A DNA stretch of 64,000 nt, taken from Octopus bimaculoides (lineage: Eukaryota). The stretch lies in contig NC_068989.1 in the NCBI RefSeq assembly GCF_001194135.2, positions 66,233,561 to 66,297,560 of the forward strand. Reading direction: 5' to 3'. The position numbers and the translations under genes are program-made. Of the stretch, positions 1-12,444 are shown in pieces. Within the stretch, counting starts at the first letter, position 1, and the number at the start of each line of letters is the position of its first letter. A model generated the notes under the pieces. The model saw only the letters and a list, made by a program, of their open reading frames with translations. It was not told where the DNA came from and did not search any database.

Positions 1-1549
1 ATATGGAGAATACTCTTTCTAATAAAAAAAAAAATCCCTAATTCGTCTTGAGACAATGCAATCGGAGCCAATTTCCCTATGTAACAGCACTGGATTTAAA
101 GACTATATCACATTTATATTATTTCCTAGATTTCTATTTAAAAGACCTCGTAACTGCTGCTTCTACATTGTATTAACGTGTTCTACTTAAAACTAAGCAC
201 ATTAGCGATTCTTCAAACCGATACTGGAAACTGCAATGAATACTCACAACACTATTCCATTTGCTTCTGTGTGCAGGGAAAGGAATGTTTATGAAATCCC
301 ATTTTAAATAGCTTTTGAAACCATTAATTTGTGCTTGTTCTGTGTGTGTTTTACATTATTTATTCATTTATTTGTTTGTTTTTGTTTTTTTGTTTTTTTT
401 TATTTTGAGTTTTTTTTTATTTGGGGATTTTTTTTTTTTTCTTTCTATAACATATCTAGAATTGAGAGAAATATAACTACTTCTCTTCTGCAACCATTTC
501 CTTTCTTTACGCACACATATATATAAACACATACATACATACATAGACAGACAGACATATATACATAAATATGTATACAAATGTATATATGCGTTTCTCT
601 CTCTCTCTCTCTCTGTATATATATATATATATATATATATNNNNNNNNNNNNNNNNNNNNNNNNNNNNNNNNNNNNNNNNNNNNNNNNNNNNNNNNNNNN
701 NNNNNNNNNNNNNNNNNNNNNNNNNNNNNNNNNNNNNNNNNNNNNNNNNNNNNNNNNNNNNNNNNNNNNNNNNNNNNNNNNNNNNNNNNNNNNNNNNNNN
801 NNNNNNNNNNNNNNNNNNNNNNNNNNNNNNNNNNNNNNNNNNNNNNNNNNNNNNNNNNNNNNNNNNNNNNNNNNNNNNNNNNNNNNNNNNNNNNNNNNNN
901 NNNNNNNNNNNNNNNNNNNNNNNNNNNNNNNNNNNNNNNNNNNNNNNNNNNNNNNNNNNNNNNNNNNNNNNNNNNNNNNNNNNNNNNNNNNNNNNNNNNN
1001 NNNNNNNNNNNNNNNNNNNNNNNNNNNNNNNNNNNNNNNNNNNNNNNNNNNNNNNNNNNNNNNNNNNNNNNNNNNNNNNNNNNNNNNNNNNNNNNNNNNN
1101 NNNNNNNNNNNNNNNNNNNNNNNNNNNNNNNNNNNNNNNNNNNNNNNNNNNNNNNNNNNNNNNNNNNNNNNNNNNNNNNNNNNNNNNNNNNNNNNNNNNN
1201 NNNNNNNNNNNNNNNNNNNNNNNNNNNNNNNNNNNNNNNNNNNNNNNNNNNNNNNNNNNNNNNNNNNNNNNNNNNNNNNNNNNNNNNNNNNNNNNNNNNN
1301 NNNNNNNNNNNNNNNNNNNNNNNNNNNNNNNNNNNNNNNNNNNNNNNNNNNNNNNNNNNNNNNNNNNNNNNNNNNNNNNNNNNNNNNNNNNNNNNNNNNN
1401 NNNNNNNNNNNNNNNNNNNNNNNNNNNNNNNNNNNNNNNNNNNNNNNNNNNNNNNNNNNNNNNNNNNNNNNNNNNNNNNNNNNNNNNNNNNNNNNNNNNN
1501 NNNNNNNNNNNNNNNNNNNNNNNNNNNNNNNNNNNNNNNNNNNAAAGAC

Positions 1550-1585
<36 letters not shown>

Positions 1586-1639
1586 CTGCATTGTGTATGT
1601 GTGTTCTGTATAGCATGCAGGTGAACTTTCAAATGTCTA

Positions 1640-1660
1640 TTATCATTATTATTATTATTA

Positions 1661-1716
<56 letters not shown>

Positions 1717-1733
1717 GCTATTATTATTATTGC

Positions 1734-1808
<75 letters not shown>

Positions 1809-1810
1809 CA
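1640..1810. repeat. (ATT)n microsatellite
   Basis: Long near-perfect ATT run; source of the poly-I and poly-N ORFs. Confidence 0.97.
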
Positions 1811-2220
1811 TAAGATTCATGAGAATCCAGTATAATTTTCAATACATTTAAGCTAATCGGTCAAGTATATACTCTTCAGTAAATTGAAATTTCCAATCTA
1901 TGGTTTCTGTTCTCATACATCTGTCACTCTTCCTTAATTTCTTTCTGAATCACGAAAATTTATCGAGATATCTTTTAATTTATACTTCTACTAGTTGTAT
2001 TTTTCGTATTTTATTATTATCTATTTATTTATTTATTTGTTTCTGAAACATACCGTTGATACACAGAGAGCTTTTAATTTTACACTAATGGTTTTTAAAA
2101 TCACTGTAGAATCGCTGTGCTATAATATTGTTACACGAAATATATAGGAATTTATTATTGTTGCTGGTGGTGGTGGTGGTTGAAATGTTGATGGTGGCGG
2201 CTTTTTCGTTGTGGTTAATA

Positions 2221-2420
2221 GAGCGGTGGATTAGCAGAAATAGTTAGAGTGCCAGACAAAATTTTCCAGCAATGTAACTGTTCTTTACATTCTGAGTTCA
2301 AAGTCAGCTTCACCTTTTATCCCTTTCGGGTCGATAAAATAAAGTACCACGTAAGTAGTGGTGACTATATAATCGATTGAAAACCTCTCCTCACAATTAC
2401 TGGCCTTGTGCTAAAATTAC
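2221..2420 (+). mobile_element. tRNA-derived SINE, group B, diverged copy
   Basis: ttctgagttcaaa B-box-like motif followed by ctttcgggtcgataaaataaagtacc, matching the other group B copies. Confidence 0.75.
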
Positions 2421-2439
2421 AGGAAATTATTATTTTATT

Positions 2440-2690
2440 GTGGAGGCGCGTGGCTTAGTGGTTAGGGTGTCAGCATCATGATCGTAAGATTGTGGTTTCG
2501 ATTCCTGGACCGGGCGACGCGTTGTGTTCTTGAGAAAAACAGTTCATTTCACGTCGCTCCAGTCCACTCAGCTGGCAAAAATGAGTAACGCTGCGATGGA
2601 CTGGCGTCCCGTCCAGCTGGGGAACACATACGTCATTGAAAAAAGGGAAACCGGGCCCATGAGCCTGGCTAGGCTTTAAAAGGGCGCATT
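2440..2690 (+). mobile_element. tRNA-derived SINE, group C (head + central domain + tail 1)
   Basis: Pol III A-box tggcttagtgg (2451-2461) and B-box ggtttcgattcc (2494-2505); central gctccagtccactcagctggcaaaaatgagta shared with copies at 35111 and 41722. Confidence 0.88.
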
Positions 2691-2717
2691 CATTTTTTAT
2701 TATTATTTTATTAGTAA

Positions 2718-3094
2718 TAGGCGCAGGAGTAGCTGTGTGGTAAGAAGCTTGCTTCACAGCCACATGATTCCGGGTTCAGCCCGCTGCGTAGCACCTTGGG
2801 CAGATGTCTTCCCCCAAAGCCTTGTGAGCGGATTTGGTAGACAGAAACTGAAAGAAGCCCGTCATATATGTGTGTGCGTGATTGTGTGTGTATGTGTGTT
2901 TCTTCCCCACCCCCTCACCACTTGACAACCGGTGTTGGTGTGTTTGCGTCCCCGTAATTTCGCGGTTCGGCTAAAGAGACCGATAGAATAAGTACCAGGC
3001 TTAAAATATAAGTAATGGGGTCGATTCATTCGACTCAAAATTTCAAGGCGGTGCCCCAGCATTGCTGCTGTCTAATTACTGAAACAAGTAAAAG
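2718..3094 (+). mobile_element. tRNA-derived SINE, group A, near full length
   Basis: taggcgcaggagtagctgtgtgg head, internal TG/TA run, gagaccgatagaataagtac body, ctgaaacaagtaaaag tail; matches about 12 other copies. Confidence 0.92.
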
Positions 3095-3096
3095 TG

Positions 3097-3535
3097 GTCA
3101 TTAAGTTCTGCGGTAATTTTGGTAGCTGTACTTTCTAACAATTCGCGTAAGAGTCTAAAAGTTTTGGTTTTCTTCCTGAGTTTTGTTTCGACGAGAAGGT
3201 TTTTCCCTCTTTCTCAAAGGCTGTCATTACTTTCAAGACAGTACTTCTTGATACATCAAACATTTCGACTGCTTTCGTTACACTAGCGCCTGCTATGCGA
3301 GCACCAACAATTTGACCTTTTTGAAAGGTCCGATAGATCTGTCATTTTAATGATTTTTAATTACCTTTTTTCTGATGATATCTGAAAAGAAACAGTAATT
3401 TTAGCAAAACATAATAAACAACAGTAATAATAAATCAAGAAAAATAAAAATAAACAAGCTTTTGATGGTTTTACAGATATTTCAAAATTATGATGCCATG
3501 ATGCTAGGTGTTTCCATTATTTTGTCCAACCCCTG
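3097..3535 (-). mobile_element. Tc1-like DNA transposon, 5' fragment (TIR plus transposase N-terminus)
   Basis: Minus strand begins TA|caggggttggacaaaataatggaaacacc; from ATG at 3345 reads MTDLS..FQKGQIVGARIAGASVTKAVEMFDVSRSTVLKVMTAFEKEGKT..SGRKPKL with frameshifts, a Tc1 paired-like HTH region. Confidence 0.88.
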
Positions 3536-3669
3536 TATATATAAAAGTAAAAATATTCATATATATACATATAAGAAAAGGGGAAAAAAAGGAAAAAAGA
3601 TATATACATATTTACAGATATTTTGTTGGATGGCCGTTGACTGTTCATGAGTTACTCCGCCCTTTGACG

Positions 3670-5435
3670 GGCTTTTGTCTGTAGTTGGAAAGGTACTTGC
3701 CGCATTTTGTTAGAACGTTAAAATACCTTCAAAGTTCCAAATATAATGTTTGCGTCTCAGTGTGGTTTTCGTTCCTCCAAGGGCAGAGCTGATTGTATTT
3801 TTACTGTCAGACAATTTCAAGAAAAGTGCATTGATCAGAATCTTGCCCTACACTATTGCATTGTTGATTTCGATACTATTAATAGAAATGCATTCGATAC
3901 TATTAATAGAAATGTTCTGTGGTTAATTCTAAAGAAAATAGGTTGCCCAGAAAAATTTGTAAACAGGATCACGGCTTTGCATCAAGATATAAAAGCTAGA
4001 GTTAATTTTGGTAGTAAGCTCTCTGAATCTTTTGCCGTGGAAAATGGAGTAAAGCAAGGAGACCTTGATGCACCCACCTTCTTTGCAATATTCTTTGCTT
4101 TGTGTTGTCACACGCTTTTCAAAACTCTGAGGAGAGTATTCACATAAAATATCGAACAACAGAGAATGTTTTTAATCTGACCAGACTGAAATTCAAAACG
4201 AAGGTTTTTACTTCACTCATTAGGAAACTTTTATACGCTGATGATTGCGCTCTTGTCAGTCATTCTGAAACAGGTCTGCAATCTCTTGTATCTACATTTG
4301 ACTCAGCTTGTGATGATTTGGGTTTGACCATCAACTTGAAAAAAAACAGTTGCAATGCATCAACCTGCGTGTGGTTCTGTTTATAACCCCGCTAAAATTT
4401 TTGTTAAGGGTAAGTTACTTGAGGTTGTTGATTCGTTCATTTACCTTGGAAGCTCTGTACAAAATGATGGAAATCTTGATACAGAAATACATTTCCAAAT
4501 TCAAAGGGCAGCAAAAACATTTGATGGTTTGGAGTCACACGTTTGGCGCCAGCGACATATAAATGACAATACAAAGTTGGCTCTTTACAAATCATTTGTC
4601 TTACCATCCCTCTTGTATTCTTGTGAAACATGGACATGTTATGAAAAACATTTTAAATTGTAAGAACAATTCCACCAAAAATGCCTTCATCACATTTTAA
4701 ACATTAAATGGGAGTTCTTTTACTCCAAACTCAGATGTCCTTGTATCTGCAGGTATCACCTTAATTAAAGCTATGATTTTGAGAAACCAAATGGGATGGT
4801 GTGGCCATATTGTTCGAATTGCGGATGAAGGCATGCCCAAACAGCTGTTTTATGGTGAGCTTGCAGAGGGGGAAACGCTATCGGCGTAAACTGAAAAAAA
4901 AAGATTTACGGACGGCATAAGGACTACTACATAGAAACCCTTGCTTCGGATCGAGCAGGATCGCAAACAAAAGTGTGAGGTGCAGGGAAAATGTTTGAAG
5001 AGGCCAGGATAACGCATGCAAGACTCAAAAGAGATTTATGGAAGAATGTATCGATAGAGAAGGTGAATTACAATGACCTTTTTGTGTGCAGTTTGTGACA
5101 GACCATGCCTTTCTTTTTCTGGACTCAAATCTCATTTGCGAACCCATGAAAACGAACGTCCACTAACTATTCTGCCTATATGTCTATGCACACCTTTGAA
5201 TGCAATGTATGCCAGAAGGTTTGAAAATCTAACGGATGCCTCAAAGACATTTTAAGATTCACAAAGATCAGAATTTATCTGCAGCTCTTGGTGGTCCAAA
5301 TTGGATATGCAATCTATGTGGGTGTCTTTTCAGAACATTGTCTGGTTTAAAAAGCCACATTAGATGCCATAATGGTTCAAGATGTAGGTACAGGTGGTGG
5401 TCAGACTCAGCATAAGGAGTAGACAACTACCATGT
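3670..5435 (+). mobile_element. RTE-clade LINE, 5'-truncated and degenerate (RT domain, C-terminal region, three C2H2 fingers)
   Basis: Motifs QCGFR, AFDTINR, GVKQGD, LLYADDCAL, YLGS, LLYSCETWT over ORFs 3746-4147, 4102-4386, 4355-4663, 5073-5255 with frameshifts; ends in a short 3' UTR and an (ATGT)n run. Confidence 0.95.
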
Positions 5436-5539
5436 ATGTATGTATGCACGTATGTATATATATATATGTATGTATGTAAGTATGTATGTATGTATGTATG
5501 TATGCATGTATGTATGCATGCATGTGTGTAAGTATATGT

Positions 5540-5588
<49 letters not shown>

Positions 5589-5605
5589 ACGGTATTCTTT
5601 TATTC

Positions 5606-5758
5606 TTTCTGTTATCATCTACCAAATCCCCTTACAACACTTCGGTCGGCCCGAGGCTATAGTAGAAAACACTTGTGCAAGGTGTTATGCAGTCAGACTG
5701 CACCCGGAACTATGTGGTTAGGAAGCAAGCTTCCCACCACACAGCCATTCCTGTGCCT
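5606..5758 (-). mobile_element. SINE group A, 5' half
   Basis: Reverse complement of the head (cggcccgaggctatagtagaa...cacacagccattcc). Confidence 0.85.
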
Positions 5759-5892
5759 CTAGTTAAGTTGAATTCGAACTCAGGGCATTACAGATCGAAA
5801 GATTTAATCCGACGCTCATATTCTGCCTATGTAGCCATCCATGGTGGAACAAGAAAAAAAGCATCCACACAGTTATATGTTACTTTTTCACT

Positions 5893-6318
5893 GGCGGCGA
5901 GCTGGCAGAAACGTTAGCACGCCGGGCGAAATGCTTAGCGGTATTTCGTCTGTCTTTACGTTCTGAGTTCAAATTCCGGCGAGGTCGACTTTGCCTTTCA
6001 TCGTTTCGGGGTCGATAAATTAAGTACCAGTTACGCACTGGGGTCGATGTAATCGACTTAATCCCCTTGTCTGTCCTTGTTTGTCCCTTCTATGTTTAGC
6101 CCCCTGTGGGCAATAAAGAAATAAGAAAAGTTAGCAAGCCGGGCGAAATGCTTAGCAGTATTTCGTCCGTCTTTACGTTCTGAGTTCAAATTCCGCCGAG
6201 GTTGACTTTGCGTTCGGGCTCGATAAATTAAATACCAGTTGCGTACTGTACTGAGGTCGATCTAATCGACTGGCCCTCTCTCTCAAAATTTTGGGTCTTG
6301 TGCCTAGAGTAAAAAAGT
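5893..6318 (+). mobile_element. Two tandem SINE group B copies (5893-6127, 6128-6318) with different tails
   Basis: ggcggcgagctggcagaaacgttagcacgccgggcgaaatgcttagc head; gagttcaaattcc B-box; second copy is 5'-truncated. Confidence 0.9.
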
Positions 6319-7430
6319 ATATTTTACATTTCTTTTTTTTTCTTCTTTTTCTATTTTTTTGTTCTTTTTGTATATTTTTACCTGCTGTCATTAACGTGCT
6401 GCGAGAGAGACAGAAAGCTTTGCAACCATTTACTTATTGGCTAATTGCTACTTACGTTGCCACTCAGCCGTTGATGTTTATCCGATCAAATTTAAAGTAA
6501 ACTGTCTAATTAATTGAGTCTTAGATAGAAGGTGGAAAATTAATGAAGACAGAAATACAGGAAGATCATATTTTATTAAATCTTTATTCTCTTGATATGA
6601 TTTTCCCAAATAAGTATCTAATTATATTTAATTTTATTTCATTTCTCGTAAGAGAATAAGTCTGAACAAGCTTCATCGTCTTCAGATCTAGCATAAGAAT
6701 ACTTCTGAAAGCTTATTCCTGTAGAGCAAGTAACAGTGTTGGATTAATTACCATTTAGGAACCGTTGCCTTTTAACTTGAAGGTTTTCTTGCGGATAAAT
6801 GTGTTGTTGTCTACGATACCATCATTTAGCTACATATATATGTGTGTGTGTATGTGTTTGTGTGTGTGTATGTGTTTGTGTGTGTGTATGTGTGTGTACA
6901 CGTGTGTGTGTGTGCGAGTGTGTGTGTGCGAGTGTGTGTGTGTATCATCATCATCATCATCATCATCGTTGTCGTCATTCAATTTCTGTCGTCTATACAG
7001 ACATTAGTCGAGCAATTTGACAGGATCTAACTTCATTGAGCTTCATTGTCTGTTTAAGCATGATTTCTACTGTCGGATGCCTTTCCTAACAGCAACCACT
7101 TACTGAACTGAACTGAACTGGGTGCCTTTTTCATGGCGTCGTAACTCGCAAGACAAAGATAAGATTACTTTCATTGCATAGAAGTGAAGTAGAGAAGGAG
7201 ACGACGTTAAGTTGAGGGGGGGATGATATTGAGCTACAGGCACAGGTGGTACTTGGCCACTCTACAATATATAAGAATAAGTGGGAGTAGCGGGAATGAA
7301 GATGATTATGGTAGTAACGAGATGTCATGATATACACTAAAAATATAAGTAGGTGAATATAAAAGAGAGTACGGACAAAGAATCAGAAAATGTAGGTGAA
7401 AAAGTACATTAGTGTGAGAGGAGTTACATA

Positions 7431-7762
7431 CAGACGGTTGAAATCGCTCAAGACATGCTGGACTGTGTAAACGACAACCCAGTCTTCATGGAGGCCATCA
7501 TCACTGGTAATGAGACATGGTTTTATGGTCTCTGCTCTATGCGTTCGGTCATCTTGCGTGCGAACGAAAATCTGACGGGCAAGCACTACATGTCTGTCCT
7601 CTGTGTGTAGCGGTCGGGAGCTGACGCGGCCTACCGGCGCGAAAACTTTCATCTGTGCGCAAGAAGGGTTGCATCATCTCACACTCAAAGGATTTTGCCC
7701 ATGCGGCATTTGTTTTGGGGTGATAATATAAGAAGGAATATATACATTTTAAATGCACGTCG
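7431..7762. mobile_element. Rearranged mariner remnant (plus-strand internal piece fused to minus-strand 5' end)
   Basis: Plus 7431-7529 reads RRVEIAQDMLDCVNDNPVFMEAIITGNETWFYG (first catalytic D region); minus 7552-7529 reads MTERIEQR; TIR-like tacgacgtgcatttaaaatg with TA at 7763-7764. Confidence 0.75.
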
Positions 7763-7770
7763 TATGTGTA

Positions 7771-8637
7771 CAGTGTTTATTAACTAAATTTGACGAATTT
7801 TGTCTCCTTTTTTCGGAACAGATTGATGTATTGATGAACAATCAATGGCGTTGGAGAGCATAAGCATTAAAGGTGTCGTTGACAAAAGAATTAGCTGACA
7901 TGGAGGACAGTAGGCCATCTGAATATTGGAAAATAATTACCTATGTCATGATTATTCGTGCTGGGTAGCAATATGCCGACATATTGTTTACTGCTCAATG
8001 CTCTGTGAATATTGTAAAGGCTGTAAGATGGGACATGGACATGAACCACCGATCACGAAAAGCAAGTTCCCCAAAACTGTAATTGTCTTGGGTGTGTTTC
8101 CAGTGAAAGTGGCGTTATACCGCCCCACACATCTTTGAACAGGTCCTTAGGCTCCATTTCAGACGGCTATGTAAATCTATTGGTAGTCAAACCCTGGCTG
8201 GAGAGAGTTGCTGCTCGAAGACCATATGTATCGCAGCAGTATTGAGCTCCTTGCCATACCTCAGGAAATAGTCAGAAGTGGTTGTCGGAGAATCTTTTAC
8301 GACTTCACCAACCCCAATATCTGACTTCTTAATTCCCCCAGTTGTAATCCCATGGATTATTATATGTGGGGTACATTTGAGAAAGACACCAACCGCTCAG
8401 CCTGCAACACCAAGGCTTAGCTGGTGGCCAAGATCAAGGAGGTTTTCGAAGATCATCGTAGAGAAGCCGTGTCGAGGCCATGGTGGAAGCTGGATGCGGT
8501 TAATTTGAGACAACTGCTATCTCTCAGCGGTAATCTAGTTGATAATTTTTGGTTCTTTTAAGCTACTTATATTTTGTCGGGGGATATTGTTTCCTTTTTC
8601 TTTTATGCAGACAATTTAATATAGTCCGAATGCCCTG
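7771..8637 (+). mobile_element. Tc1/mariner-superfamily remnant, maT-like DD37D, internally deleted
   Basis: Reads KFPKTVIVLGV..VKPWLERVAARRPYVSQQ(D>Y)*APCHTSG..QKWLSEN..NSPSCNPMDYYMWG; 37 residues between the second and third catalytic positions; starts TA|cagtg; right TIR weak. Confidence 0.75.
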
Positions 8638-9286
8638 AATATGTGTGGGGTGGGTAGATGGAGGGAGGGAGGGAGGGTTTAAAAATTTGACAGTGATTTC
8701 AGAGATTCGGATTGCATGCGCCGTTATTAGTCTGTCAGGTATAGGCGAGCAAACGGGAACGCTGGAGTTAATGTTAACCATTTTCATATAAAACTTAATA
8801 AATATGAGCTTTCCAGAAAGGTATTGAGTGATTCATGAGTTTAATGTTGAAATGTGTTTATAGAAAATTTGAGTGAAAATCAAAGGTTAATATGTGCGTA
8901 TAGGTGTTGTTTCCCAACCACAAAGCCCGTTGTGTATACACACACACACACACACGCACACACGCACACACACAACACAAACACACCCACACACACTAAC
9001 AAGTACACACAGGCACACACGGGCACAAACACACACACACTCACGTAAACACACATACATATACATACGCACACACACACGCAAGCATACAATCACAAAC
9101 ACAAACACAAATACACACACACGCACATATACACAAACATACACATACACACACGCACACACATACGAACAAACACAAACAGATACAAGCACAGGCACAC
9201 ATACATATACACACATACACACATACATACATACACACACACACATACACACATTCACACACATACGCATAAAGAGTGACGGAGAC

Positions 9287-10230
9287 AGAGATAGAGACAG
9301 AAAGACAGAGAGAGACAGAAAGACAGAGAGAGACAGAAAGACAGAGAGAGACAGAAAGACAGAGAGAGACAGAAAGACAGTGAGAGACAGAAAGACAGAG
9401 AGAGACAGAAAGACAGAGAAAGACAGAAAGACAGAGAGAAACAGAAAGACAGAGAGAGACAGAAAGACAGAGAGAGACAGAAAGACAGAGAGAGACAGAA
9501 AGACAGAGAGAGACAGAAAGACAGAGAGAGACAGAAAGACAGNNNNNNNNNNNNNNNNNNNNNNNNNNNNNNNNNNNNNNNNNNNNNNNNNNNNNNNNNN
9601 NNNNNNNNNNNNNNNNNNNNNNNNNNNNNNNNNNNNNNNNNNNNNNNNNNNNNNNNNNNNNNNNNNNNNNNNNNNNNNNNNNNNNNNNNNNNNNNNNNNN
9701 NNNNNNNNNNNNNNNNNNNNNNNNNNNNNNNNNNNNNNNNNNNNNNNNNNNNNNNNNNNNNNNNNNNNNNNNNNNNNNNNNNNNNNNNNNNNNNNNNNNN
9801 NNNNNNNNNNNNNNNNNNNNNNNNNNNNNNNNNNNNNNNNNNNNNNNNNNNNNNNNNNNNNNNNNNNNNNNNNNNNNNNNNNNNNNNNNNNNNNNNNNNN
9901 NNGAGAGACAGAAAGACAGTGAGAGACAGAAAGACAGAGAGAGACAGAAAGACAGAGAGAGACAGAAAGACAGAGAGATACAGAAAGACAGAGAGAGACA
10001 GAAAGACAGAGAGAGACAGAAAGACAGTGAGAGACAGAAAGACAGAGAGAAACAGAAAGACAGAGAGAGACAGAAAGACAGTGAGAGACAGAAAGACAGA
10101 GAGAGACAGAAAGACAGAGAGAGACAGAAAGACAGAGAGAGACAGAAAGACAGTGAGAGACAGAACGACAGAGAGAGAGAGACAGAAAGGCACAGAGAGA
10201 GACAGAAAGACACACAGAGAGACAGACAGA
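9287..10230. repeat. 18-bp minisatellite (GACAGAAAGACAGAGAGA)n spanning a gap
   Basis: DRKTER periodicity in the ORF track; occasional gtga and gaaa unit variants. Confidence 0.95.
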
Positions 10231-10770
10231 AATAGAGAGTCAGTGACAGAGAGTTTATCGATGCCTCTAAGAATACATCCGTTTTGGTTTTTACTCTTGC
10301 ACTGCAAATATTCAGCAGTTCCTTTCTTCATGCAATTCCCTTTTGGACATGTGACTCTACGAAAGAATAGTGACGTTGACTTTTGTTCCTACAAAATAGC
10401 TGCTAAGTATAAAAACGCAAACATGTTTAAACTATATATTCACGTTAATATATTCAATAGATATTTATGAATGGTTTAATATATTTCTTTTTTTTTTTTT
10501 CTTAATTTCAATACTATTTTCAGGAAATTTACAATTAAAGCTTTATAATAGGTAGAATATGTCAACTCCTACTTCAGATCTGAAATTTTCATTTTTTTAT
10601 TCAATCAAAATATTTTCTCTGTTGCAAACGAACTCAACAACCTTTGTTTTACGTTTAGATTTTTAAAATTTTAAGGTTTTAATTTTCTTGTTAATTTTAG
10701 TCGGTGTTTAAATGTTTCTGTTATAACCATAAACACACACACACACACATTGACGGACAGACAGACAGAC

Positions 10771-10846
<76 letters not shown>

Positions 10847-10909
10847 GGGTAGATACATGTATACAAACAGAGTGAGAAAGATGTATAGATAAACACACAC
10901 AGACACACA

Positions 10910-10952
<43 letters not shown>

Positions 10953-11790
10953 NNNNNNNNNNNNNNNNNNNNNNNNNNNNNNNNNNNNNNNNNNNNNNNN
11001 NNNNNNNNNNNNNNNNNNNNNNNNNNNNNNNNNNNNNNNNNNNNNNNNNNNNNNNNNNNNNNNNNNNNNNNNNNNNNNNNNNNNNNNNNNNNNNNNNNNN
11101 NNNTGTGTGTGTGTGTGTGTGTGTGTGTGTGTCTTTCGCATAACTACAAGCAGTAATTGCTACTGAAAAAGTAGTAAACAATTTAAAATATCATTAATGA
11201 AGCTTTCCTAAATCTAAGAATAAACAAGCGAATAGTTTAACAAATAAATTTATTAGACTAAAAAGTGAAATATGAGTATAAAATATCCAATGAAAATAAA
11301 GCAATTAAATCATATTTCAAATATAACGTAAACGCAACAAACCGATATATCAGAACGTGACTTGTTTACTTTAGACACTAAAGGCCGTAAATTTCGCGAA
11401 ACACCACATATTACACACTCACACACGCATACGCACACACATACTCATATACACGCATGCATAGACAGACACAGACACACACAGACGCACATGCATGCAC
11501 ATATATATATATATATGTATGTATATATGCGTATATACATATATGTATGTATATATGCATATATATATAGTTTTAGGAAAAAGAACCAAGGTTCATGAAC
11601 TCGTCGATGAAAATCCACTGTCACATATAGAAAAATTAATAAGTAAAAGCACAATAAATAAGTATAATGTAATACAAAGTAAATATCATAAGGTAATGAT
11701 AATAAAACGACTACACGTGTTTCGTAACCAATTTTCAAATTGAAAGAAAATTTTAATCGATGCATATATATATATATACAGCTTCAAATA

Positions 11791-11874
11791 GAGCTACACA
11801 TGTTTCTACTGCAACGATTTGTAATCGTTACAATTGTAATCTTTCTATGATACTGGTGCAGTTTCTTCAGGGTC
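11791..11874 (-). ncRNA. Degenerate minimal type I hammerhead ribozyme motif (Penelope-like)
   Basis: Minus strand: gacc-CTGAAGA-a-actgca-(43 nt)-tgcagt-a-GAAA-catgtgt-A-gctc; intact core, 6-bp stem II, near-palindromic stem III. Confidence 0.55.
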
Positions 11875-11949
11875 TTCACTTTAATATCCTTTGATTTAAC
11901 TATTAAAATTGTTCGTTTATCTACTCAGCGTTGTATTACGGGTGTGTGT

Positions 11950-12010
<61 letters not shown>

Positions 12011-12390
12011 GTGTGTTTGTAGGTATACTGGTTCGTTACTTGTCATAAGATGGTTAACTCTGGATAGTGAGTATAGCGTCCATACGATAATTATAATTTA
12101 ACTTTTAACAAATTTATTGGTGCTTATACAAAATGATGAAATGAATACAACTTTCAAAATAAAAATATTAATGACTTCAATATAAAACTAAATAAAACAA
12201 ATTTCTCATTTATACATTTGCAATAAGTGCACTTTAGTATTTCTCTAAATTTTACCAAAATAACTGCAATTTACTCCCTGTCGAAAACATATCGCTTCAA
12301 AATTTCGTTTAAAAATTTCTATATTTTTCTGTAAGCTACAAGACACTCATCCTCCACCTGTTTTGTTAACTCTCTTTATATCAACTTTTG

Positions 12391-12444
<54 letters not shown>

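Noticed and set aside
2440-2520. tRNA gene-like A/B boxes here and in other SINE heads
   Set aside because: They continue into multicopy SINE bodies and lack a full cloverleaf and terminator; not tRNA genes.
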